From positions 8,784 to 72,783 of the forward strand of contig JAZTXM010000006.1 in assembly GCA_045636425.1 (NCBI GenBank): a stretch of 64,000 nt of DNA. The letters are read 5' to 3'. Made by a program: the position numbers and the translations under genes. Each line of letters opens with the position of its first letter. Position 1 is the stretch's first letter. The notes under the pieces were generated by a model. The model had not been told where the DNA came from. It searched no databases and saw only the letters and a program-made list of their open reading frames with translations. This document shows positions 39,834-46,875 of this stretch, piece by piece. This DNA is from Clostridia bacterium (GTDB taxonomy: Bacteria > Bacillota > Clostridia > UMGS1883).

Positions 39834-40024
39834 ATTCTTAATATGTATTGAATAACTACCACCTCCTCTCGGAGCGTGGCATAACCGCCGGTGAAAAACA
39901 CCGTTAAGAAGTTTTGCCTTCCTAAACATTATATCGTATTTTCCCCGGCGTTTCAAGAAAAATTTTGAATTAACATAAAACATCCCCCTTTTGGATAATA
40001 TATCTCTAAAAGGGGGCTTTTTCT

Positions 40025-41131
40025 ATGAAAAAAATTATAAAAATAACCGCCGTGACCGCCTTGTGCCTCATGGGCATATTTGTGGCTTTCACCATAATCT
40101 ACGGAATGCTTTCGGGCATAAACACTCGTGAAAACACCCCCGAAAAAACCGATTCCTCCCCAGACCTTTCCGTAGTTCGCCGTGACAGCGGAGCATTTAT
40201 AATGGCACCACGACTCAGGGAGGATATGTTAGAGGGTGCCCTACAGAGCGTAGTGGGAATATCTTCTGCCGATGCCTCGCCAAGTCAGGAGGGCGATACA
40301 TGGTACATGGGCAGCGGAGTTCTTGTCAGCACAGACGGGTATATAATCACCAATCACCACGTAATCGGGGCTCGCCCTAAAAGGATTGTGGTCACCCTCC
40401 ACAACGGAGATGTCACCGAAGGAACTACCGTCTGGAGCGAAAGCTCTCTCGATTTAGCAATAGTAAAAATCGACGGGGAGGGGTATACCTGCTCAAAATT
40501 AGGCGATGCCAAAAATCTTCGCGTGGGTGAAAGCGTGGTAGCAATCGGCAATCCTCTGAGCCTGCAATTTCAGCGGACAGTAACGGCAGGCATCGTCAGT
40601 GCTTTGGGACGGAGCATCAGCATAGAAAACGAGGACGGCACCTCCTCCTATATGGAGGATTTGATTCAGACAGATGCCTCCATAAACCCCGGTAACAGCG
40701 GAGGCCCACTCCTTAATGACGACGGCGAAGTCGTGGGCATTAATACCGTCAAGGTTTCCTCAGCGGAGGGAATGGGATTTGCCGTTCCCGTAAACGTGTG
40801 CGTTCCCATTATGAAAAGGCTTCGCAGCACAGGAAGCTTCCGCACCCCCTACCTGGGGCTTTACGCCTATACTCCCACAGCCGCCCGATATTTAGAAGAG
40901 AATGAAAACATAAAACAAGGACTTTTTGTGGCAAAGTTAGATGCAAAAGGACCTGCCTTCGATGCAGGAATACGCTACGGCGATATAATCACGGCAATTG
41001 AAGGGGTCGAGGTTGATTCCATGCTTACCCTCCGTGAAGAATTGTATAAAAAACAAAGCGGGGACAGAATCACCCTCGAAATCGTCCGCGACGGAAACAT
41101 GCGCAAAATCTCCGTCCTCCTCTCCGATTGA
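40025..41131 (+). CDS. htrA: Trypsin-like serine protease with a C-terminal PDZ domain (HtrA/DegP family)
   Basis: Catalytic triad motifs (TNHHV, D, GNSGGPL) and a PDZ domain; N-terminal TM anchor. Confidence 0.8.
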   Translation: MKKIIKITAVTALCLMGIFVAFTIIYGMLSGINTRENTPEKTDSSPDLSVVRRDSGAFIMAPRLREDMLEGALQSVVGISSADASPSQEGDTWYMGSGVLVSTDGYIITNHHVIGARPKRIVVTLHNGDVTEGTTVWSESSLDLAIVKIDGEGYTCSKLGDAKNLRVGESVVAIGNPLSLQFQRTVTAGIVSALGRSISIENEDGTSSYMEDLIQTDASINPGNSGGPLLNDDGEVVGINTVKVSSAEGMGFAVPVNVCVPIMKRLRSTGSFRTPYLGLYAYTPTAARYLEENENIKQGLFVAKLDAKGPAFDAGIRYGDIITAIEGVEVDSMLTLREELYKKQSGDRITLEIVRDGNMRKISVLLSD

Positions 41132-41160
41132 TATCACTCCTCCCCACAGACTGTCGCCGC

Positions 41161-41189
41161 CCTTGACAAAATCAAAATAACATTATATA
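41161..41189 (+). promoter_or_regulatory. Consensus promoter TTGACA-17-TATAAT for the RelE-like cassette
   Basis: Perfect hexamers and spacer. Confidence 0.6.
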
Positions 41190-41225
41190 ATAATAGTATA
41201 AAGATTTTTTCTTGGAGGATATGCT

Positions 41226-41486
41226 GTGGTTATCAGATATTCAAAAAACGCATTGCGATTTCTAAGCAAGTTGGATAAAAACTCTGTAACGCGTATAAGA
41301 AATGCTGTAGATGGATTGCTTCATATTCCGCCTGAGGGCGATATAAAGCTTCTCAAGGGATATGATGATGCTCGCAAAAGGTTGCGTGTAGGTTCATGGC
41401 GTATAATTTTCAAGTATGTAGCGGAAAATAAGCTTGAAATATTATATATTATAGATATAGGTAATCGTGGGGACATATATAAGTGA
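41226..41486 (+). CDS. Type II toxin, RelE/StbE (ParE superfamily) family; GTG start
   Basis: Aligns with E. coli RelE across its length (ALRFLSKL...KLLKG...RLRVGSWRIIFKY...LEILYIIDIGNRGDIYK). RBS GGAGGA 7 nt before GTG. Confidence 0.7.
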   Translation: MVIRYSKNALRFLSKLDKNSVTRIRNAVDGLLHIPPEGDIKLLKGYDDARKRLRVGSWRIIFKYVAENKLEILYIIDIGNRGDIYK

Positions 41487-41498
41487 GGAGGAGATACA

Positions 41499-41720
41499 AT
41501 GTCTGAAATTGTTGCTAATGCAGCTCGAATGATGGAAATGTTGCCTGATTCTGAAAAAAGCTTTGCATTTGAGTTTATAAAAAAGCTTGTCCTTGCGTGG
41601 GATCCTGATTTTACAAAAGTCACTGCGGAAGAAGCAAAGCAAATAGAGGCAGCGGAACAAAGCGGTTTTGTTGATGAGAAGGATATAGACTGGAACAACC
41701 TGTCAAAAATGTTTGACTAA
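41499..41720 (+). CDS. Small acidic protein (73 aa), candidate cognate antitoxin encoded downstream of the toxin
   Basis: Follows relE-like 12 nt later with RBS GGAGGAG; no recognisable HTH or RHH; terminated by a perfect palindromic hairpin at 41722-41757. Confidence 0.35.
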   Translation: MSEIVANAARMMEMLPDSEKSFAFEFIKKLVLAWDPDFTKVTAEEAKQIEAAEQSGFVDEKDIDWNNLSKMFD

Positions 41721-42005
41721 CAAAACAAGGTGGGATTGCGATGCAATCCCACCTTGTTTGTTTCTTAAAAAGTCAACCCCCAATATTAAAAATCCGACTT
41801 TCTTCCTATTATATATAACAACAAACCCCGTGGGGTTTGCACCATCACTCTGCATTTCGCACTCCAATTGCGGCAGGACAGCAGGACCCGTCCCCACAGA
41901 CTGTCGCCGCCCCCCTGTTTTGTAACATAACCATCACAAAACTCTATTTATGTGTTACTTATGTTACAAAACATTACAGTTTCATTACATCTGCAAAAAA
42001 CCTAT

Positions 42006-42034
42006 TGACGTCTCACAAAATGGGTGCTATAATC
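42006..42034 (+). promoter_or_regulatory. Strong promoter TTGACG-17-TATAAT for the major S-layer gene
   Basis: Near-consensus hexamers; about 60-nt leader; strong RBS TAGGAGGA. Confidence 0.6.
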
Positions 42035-42098
42035 GCAATAGAGTAAAGGGGAAATTCCCCGCTCGAAAAAAATTTTAATTTTATAGGAGGAAGAGATT

Positions 42099-45000
42099 AT
42101 GAGAAATCTCAAGAAGACACTCGCAGTTGTTCTTGCATTTGCTATGATTCTCAGCATGGGTCTTACATCCATGGCTGCGTATTCAGACGTAGAAGCAGGA
42201 ACAAAAGTTTCCGAGGCTGTTGGTATCCTTTCTAACCTTAACATTCTTACAGGTTTTGAAGATGGTACATTCAAGCCCGACGAAACTGTTACAAGAGCTC
42301 AGATGGCTGCTATCATCTGCCGTACACTCGGTTACGAAGATCAGGCACAGTCAAGCATGGGCACAACAGTATTTAACGACGTTGCCGCTGATCACTGGGC
42401 ATCAGGCTACATCAACGTAGCTCAGGCACAGCAGATCATCAACGGTTACGGTGATGGTAACTACGGTCCCGAGGATCAGGTTACTTACGAGCAGGCAGTT
42501 AAGATGATCGTTTCCGCTCTTGGTTACGACCTTGCTGCACAGTCAAAGGGTGGTTACCCCACAGGTTACCTTGCAATCGCTTCTGCTGAGGGCATCACAA
42601 AGAGTGCTAACGGTAAGGTAGGCGACGCTGCTGCAAGAGGAACAATCGCAATTCTCGTTTACAACTCTCTCGAAGTTCGCCTTATGGACCAGGCTTCTTG
42701 GTCTACAGGTTCTGACGGAGACAAGTATGAGAAGACAGACGACACAATCCTTTCTAAGTACCTTGAGGTGTTAAAGGTTGAAGGTGTTGTTACAAAGACT
42801 CCTTTTGCTACCTATGAATCTAAGGGCTTTGACGCTGACATGGTTCCCGAAATGACAATTGATGGTAAGGAATTCTACTACAATAAAGGTGTAGAAGAAA
42901 CTAAATCATATTCAGATACAGTTGATTGCAGCCTTGTTGATGCTGACTCACTCCTTGGTAAGTACGTTGTTGCTTACATTGGTGCTGACGAAGACGACAA
43001 TACAGGTAATGTAATGGTTTACGCTGTTTCTGAAAAGCAGAATAAGAACGTTGTTACAACAGTAGCAAGCACACAGCTTGTAGATTCTACTGATACAAAG
43101 TATTTTAATAACGCTAAGCAGGTTTGCTACAGGGAAGTAGGTTCAACAAGAGTTATTGAACTCGACCTCGAACAGACTGCAGCAGAATTCAAAGTATATG
43201 AAAACTTTGGTACAAGCACATTTACAAACGCTTCTACAACAGCTAACCTTGCTACAATTCTCCAGGAGGGTGGCATGGCTCAGTTCATCAGCAATGACAA
43301 TGATGATGCTATCGAATATGTAATCATCACTGCATTTGATGAAGAAGGCGTTATCGAAAACGTAACTAATGAAGATGGCGTTATTATGTTCGACCTCTTC
43401 TACGGTGACCTTGCTGATATCGATACAGAAGACGAAGATGAGCTCACAGTTGTTTACAAAGACGGTGCTCTTGCAACAGCTGCTGATCTTGCTGCAAACG
43501 ATACAGTTTCTACTGTAAACGTTCACAAGACTGTTAAGGTTCTCTACGCTTCTTCTGCAACAGTTACAGGTGCTGTTGAGTCTCATGATGACGAAGTTGT
43601 AACAATCGGTGGTACTGACTACAAAGTTGGCCTTCAGTACAGCGGAGATGCAAGCCTTCTTAAGGATAAGGAAGGTATCTTCTTCCTTAACGTTGGCGGT
43701 ATCATCGCTCACGACGAAGCAGATTCAACAGCTTCAGGCAACTACGGTGTAGTTCTTGCTGTTGATTACGAAGATGGTATTACAGATGGTTATGTAATGC
43801 AGGTTGTTCTTCAGGACGGTACGGTAGCTGAGTATGAAGTTTCTTCTAAGGTTGCTTATACAAAGGCTGACGGTTCTGCTCTTGCAGTAGGTGATGGTCT
43901 TAGCAAGGATGACGTTGCAGCAGCTGCTGTAGCTTCAGGTATCACAGGTGCTACTGTAACAGCAAATGCTTCAGGCTTCACAACTAAGAACCTTACTTCT
44001 ACGAACGCTCAGGCTGCTGTATACAAGTTTACAGTTAAGAACGGCGAAATCACAAAGATTAAGGAAGTTGAATCTTCTACAGAAGTTAAAGAATATACAA
44101 GCAGCGATGTTAAGAAATATGATGCTGAGTCTATGAGCTATGGTTCATATGAATTCGACGAAAGCTCTATCGTATTCGCAATTGACCATGCAAAGGGTGC
44201 TACTCAGGTTACAGACGATGATATCGCTGTAGGTGGCGTATCTTCTTTCATCGCTGATGAAGATGATAGCCTTGCACTTATTCTCTTCACAGAGAAGAAT
44301 AAGGACGTTGTAACATTCGCAATTGGCTTTGGTCTTACAGCAAGTATCCCCGAAGAGTCTGCTGCAATCATCGTATCAGCAGTTAAGAATGTTACTTATG
44401 ATGATGACGAAGCTATTCAGGTAACAGGTATCCAGGCAGGCGAAGAAGTAACTTACATCATCTATGATGAAAACAGTGGTTACACATCAAATCCTGAAAA
44501 CATCGAAAAGGGTGACGTAATCCTTGTTTCTGCTGCAACAGCTGAAGGTGTAGTAGAAGACTGCAAGATCCTTCTTGACATTTCTGCTAAGACAGCAGCA
44601 GCAGGCATCGCTGCTGATGAAAGTGCTAACACATTTGCTCTTCTCGGCGGATTCTACAACGACGATGCTGCTGCAACATCTTCTAAGTTCTTCATTGATA
44701 AGGATGTTACAATCCCCACAACTCCTTCTGCTACAACTTGGGCAGCATCCGGAGACGGTATCACAATGAAGACATCTGCTAACTACACACTTGTAGATTA
44801 CACAGATGGTGAAAAGAACCCTGTTATCGAGAAGAAGAATCCCGGAACTTCACTCTTCAGCAAGAGATATCCTGCTTACGTATTCGTAAGAGTATATGAC
44901 GATGTTCTTACAGAAGTTGTTGTTTACCGTTATGATGAAGATAAAGTTCTTTCTGCACAGGGTACAGGATTCAAGGTTGCAGATCCTGTAATCAAGTTTA

Positions 45001-45206
45001 ATGATGACAAAACAAAGGCTACAATCACATGTGCTACAGAGGGTGCTACAATTATGTACAAACTCAACAGCGGTGAATTTGCAAAATATACAGAGGAAAT
45101 TACTGTAACAGCAGGTGATGTTGTTCAGGCTTATGCTACAAAGACAGCTTGTACAACAAGCGATACTGCTTCGGAAACAGTTCCTACTCCTGCTCCCGCA
45201 GCTTAA
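42099..45206 (+). CDS. Major S-layer protein candidate (1035 aa), N-terminal SLH triplet
   Basis: Signal peptide; three SLH repeats; a large Thr/Ala/Val/Asp-rich beta-rich body. Codon usage is strongly biased toward T/C-ending codons, a highly-expressed-gene signature distinct from its neighbours. Confidence 0.8.
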   Translation: MRNLKKTLAVVLAFAMILSMGLTSMAAYSDVEAGTKVSEAVGILSNLNILTGFEDGTFKPDETVTRAQMAAIICRTLGYEDQAQSSMGTTVFNDVAADHWASGYINVAQAQQIINGYGDGNYGPEDQVTYEQAVKMIVSALGYDLAAQSKGGYPTGYLAIASAEGITKSANGKVGDAAARGTIAILVYNSLEVRLMDQASWSTGSDGDKYEKTDDTILSKYLEVLKVEGVVTKTPFATYESKGFDADMVPEMTIDGKEFYYNKGVEETKSYSDTVDCSLVDADSLLGKYVVAYIGADEDDNTGNVMVYAVSEKQNKNVVTTVASTQLVDSTDTKYFNNAKQVCYREVGSTRVIELDLEQTAAEFKVYENFGTSTFTNASTTANLATILQEGGMAQFISNDNDDAIEYVIITAFDEEGVIENVTNEDGVIMFDLFYGDLADIDTEDEDELTVVYKDGALATAADLAANDTVSTVNVHKTVKVLYASSATVTGAVESHDDEVVTIGGTDYKVGLQYSGDASLLKDKEGIFFLNVGGIIAHDEADSTASGNYGVVLAVDYEDGITDGYVMQVVLQDGTVAEYEVSSKVAYTKADGSALAVGDGLSKDDVAAAAVASGITGATVTANASGFTTKNLTSTNAQAAVYKFTVKNGEITKIKEVESSTEVKEYTSSDVKKYDAESMSYGSYEFDESSIVFAIDHAKGATQVTDDDIAVGGVSSFIADEDDSLALILFTEKNKDVVTFAIGFGLTASIPEESAAIIVSAVKNVTYDDDEAIQVTGIQAGEEVTYIIYDENSGYTSNPENIEKGDVILVSAATAEGVVEDCKILLDISAKTAAAGIAADESANTFALLGGFYNDDAAATSSKFFIDKDVTIPTTPSATTWAASGDGITMKTSANYTLVDYTDGEKNPVIEKKNPGTSLFSKRYPAYVFVRVYDDVLTEVVVYRYDEDKVLSAQGTGFKVADPVIKFNDDKTKATITCATEGATIMYKLNSGEFAKYTEEITVTAGDVVQAYATKTACTTSDTASETVPTPAPAA

Positions 45207-45259
45207 TCTTTGACTCTTATAAAATTAATAGTCAATTAAAAAAGGACAGTCCCGAAAGG

Positions 45260-45446
45260 GGCTGTTCTTTTTTGTCCGCTTGACAACAAGCATCAAAAGT
45301 GGTAAAATATGCCCATAATCTTTATTGGAGGGGATAAAATGACAAAGCGTATTACATGTGTACTGATGATGTTCATCCTTGTGTCACAAGGATGCTTTGC
45401 ACAGGACGTGTTTTTTGGAAAAGCCAGAACAGAGGAATATATTCCG
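45260..45446. repeat. 187-bp direct repeat, copy 1, identical to 46798-46983. It contains a promoter, RBS and the first 36 codons of the transglutaminase-like gene
   Basis: Both copies can be aligned in the raw sequence. Confidence 0.85.
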
Positions 45447-45493
45447 GTGATAATGGGGACGGGTGATAATGGGGACGTACATTTTTTGTCAAC
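45447..45493. repeat. Solo copy of the element end: two copies of the 13-mer GTGA(T/C)AATGGGGAC followed by GTACATTTTTTGTCAAC
   Basis: Nearly identical to 45839-45885 and to the inner part of the inverted right end at 46675-46793. Confidence 0.75.
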
Positions 45494-45514
45494 TTTTCCC
45501 AAAACAAAAAGCCA

Positions 45515-45543
45515 ACCGAAGTTGACTTTTCTTTCGCAATACT
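45515..45543 (+). promoter_or_regulatory. Consensus promoter TTGACT-17-TATAAT for the type I toxin-like mRNA (module B)
   Basis: Perfect -10 hexamer, 5/6 match in -35, 17-nt spacer. Confidence 0.6.
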
Positions 45544-45628
45544 ATATAATAGAACACAAGGTAAGACCTAAAACAGTGTAACAGCTGGGCGGTTATGCCA
45601 TCATCTTCTTTTAAGGAGGTGATAGCTT

Positions 45629-45697
45629 ATGGATAGTGAATACATAATATCTTTTATGTTAATTCTGTTACTTTTAGTAATTTCCATAAAAAAATAA
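45629..45697 (+). CDS. Type I toxin-like small hydrophobic peptide (22 aa): MDSEYIISFMLILLLLVISIKK
   Basis: RBS AAGGAGG 9 nt upstream of ATG; a single predicted TM helix with a C-terminal KK; stop codon inside the stem of a bidirectional terminator; convergent antisense promoter downstream. Confidence 0.5.
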   Translation: MDSEYIISFMLILLLLVISIKK

Positions 45698-45779
45698 CGC
45701 CAGCCGACCAAAGCAATAGCGTTATTTTTTAAATAATTCTGATGTTTTGGCATAACCGTTTGAGGTCTTGCCTTTTTCT
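45688..45779 (-). ncRNA. Putative antisense sRNA B, about 90 nt, convergent with the toxin-like ORF and overlapping it 3'-to-3'
   Basis: Minus-strand promoter TTGACT (45809-45814)-17-TATAAT (45786-45791). Ends at the shared hairpin (aataacgc/gcgttatt) plus U-tract. About 85% identical to sRNA A. Confidence 0.5.
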
Positions 45780-45880
45780 ATTTACATTATATAACCACAT
45801 AGGGAAAAAGTCAACCCCTAATATAGAAAATCCATCTAGGTGACAATGGGGACGGGTGACAATGGGGACGTACATTTTTG

Positions 45881-46618
45881 TCAACTTTTGTATATTATTC
45901 CTCGCGATATCCCGGTCACCCGTTCCAGTTGTCGTATTGAATACTCTTTCTTCATTTTATTTAACATCGCATTTCGCTCTTTCTTTTCCATGGTACAGAT
46001 GTTTTTAGGCTCAATTTTGTACTTTTTTATTATCCTTCTTCTTATTTCATCATCTGTCAGCTTTACTTTTCCATCTACATTAAAATCGCTCTCTTCGTCT
46101 TGTTTGTGAAACTCAACAAATTCTTCTTTGCTTATCATTCCCAAGATAAAATCCTTGTCAGTTATTCTGGATTCATCAAAAATGTACTCATTATAACTCG
46201 ACCATTCATAGTCCTTCAATTCATCTACTATTCCTGCCTTTTTAGGATTTTGATGTATATATCGGACTAAGCATAAAAAATATTCATCTACATCAACAGC
46301 CTTACTTTTATATCTGTTTGCAATTAATGCTCCGCTTCTTCCATACTTTATATTGTACCAGCGAGCATATTTTGTCAAAACCCTTTTCATTATCAGCGAT
46401 ATTTCACCGGCAGTTTTTTCTTTTAACAAAATATGTACGTGGTTACTCATCAGACAAAACGCATATATTTCGTATTCCATTTCGATTTTGATGCTGTTTA
46501 ATATCTCTATCAACTTTTCATAATCCACCGATTCTTCAAAAATATGCTGCCTGTTTACTCCTCTAAAAACAATGTGGTATATCCCACTTTGACTGATCAC
46601 TCTCGCTGCCCTTGCCAT
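45881..46618 (-). CDS. IS200/IS605-type Y1 transposase-like protein (245 aa) with a C-terminal HTH extension
   Basis: HuH motif (SNHVHILL) and catalytic Tyr region (RYIHQNP) of the Transposase_17/Y1_Tnp family; C-terminal SIRQLERVTGISRGIIYKS helix-turn-helix. Confidence 0.75.
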   Translation of the reverse strand: MARAARVISQSGIYHIVFRGVNRQHIFEESVDYEKLIEILNSIKIEMEYEIYAFCLMSNHVHILLKEKTAGEISLIMKRVLTKYARWYNIKYGRSGALIANRYKSKAVDVDEYFLCLVRYIHQNPKKAGIVDELKDYEWSSYNEYIFDESRITDKDFILGMISKEEFVEFHKQDEESDFNVDGKVKLTDDEIRRRIIKKYKIEPKNICTMEKKERNAMLNKMKKEYSIRQLERVTGISRGIIYKS

Positions 46619-46674
46619 TTTCTCATCTCCTTTCTATGAATTGTATCACGCTTAATCATATTAGTCAAGGAAAA

Positions 46675-46793
46675 GTTGACAAAAAATGTACGTCCCCATT
46701 GTCATCCCCATTGTCAGTCCCCATTGTCACCGTCCCCATTGTCACCCATTGTCACCCATTGTCACCAATGTCACTCCGTCCCCATTGTCACTC
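46675..46793. repeat. Right inverted end: about 8 tandem copies of the CCCCATTGTCA(C) 12-13-mer
   Basis: Direct reading of the sequence; inverted relative to the left-end 13-mers. Confidence 0.85.
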
Positions 46794-46875
46794 AACTGCT
46801 GTTCTTTTTTGTCCGCTTGACAGCAGAGTAAGAATGTAGTAAAATATATCCATAATCCTTATTGGAGGGGATAAA

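Larger units (their letters stand above)
45339..45583 (+). pseudogene. 5' fragment (36 codons) of the transglutaminase-like gene, reading through into the transposon end
   Basis: MTKRITCVLMMFILVSQGCFAQDVFFGKARTEEYIP is identical to the N-terminus of ORF 46876-48285, then diverges at the 13-mer repeats. Confidence 0.7.
45839..46793. mobile_element. IS-like element encoding a Y1 (HuH) transposase, bounded by inverted ends built from tandem 13-bp repeats
   Basis: Left end GGTGACAATGGGGACGGGTGACAATGGGGACGTACATTTTTGTCAAC. The right end is its inverted complement, extended to about 8 tandem CCCCATTGTCA(C) units. AT-rich interior. Confidence 0.7.

Noticed and set aside
39753-39983. 76-aa minus-strand ORF overlapping the type I module A
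   Set aside because: It spans the sRNA terminator, the small toxin-like ORF in another frame and the toxin promoter. No RBS. It is better explained by the compact promoter/sRNA/peptide architecture
45840-46109. 89-aa plus-strand ORF (MTMGTGDNGDVHFCQLL...) and the 75-aa ORF at 46612-46839 (…SPLSVPIVTVPIVTHCHPLS…)
   Set aside because: They are translations of the 13-mer tandem-repeat transposon ends and the antisense of the transposase C-terminus; repeat-driven, no RBS
46675-46793. Tandem 12-13-bp repeats considered as a CRISPR array
   Set aside because: Units are directly abutting with no spacers; the period is 12-13 bp, not 28-37 bp; and they mirror an inverted copy at the other end of a transposase gene, so they are terminal repeats of a mobile element
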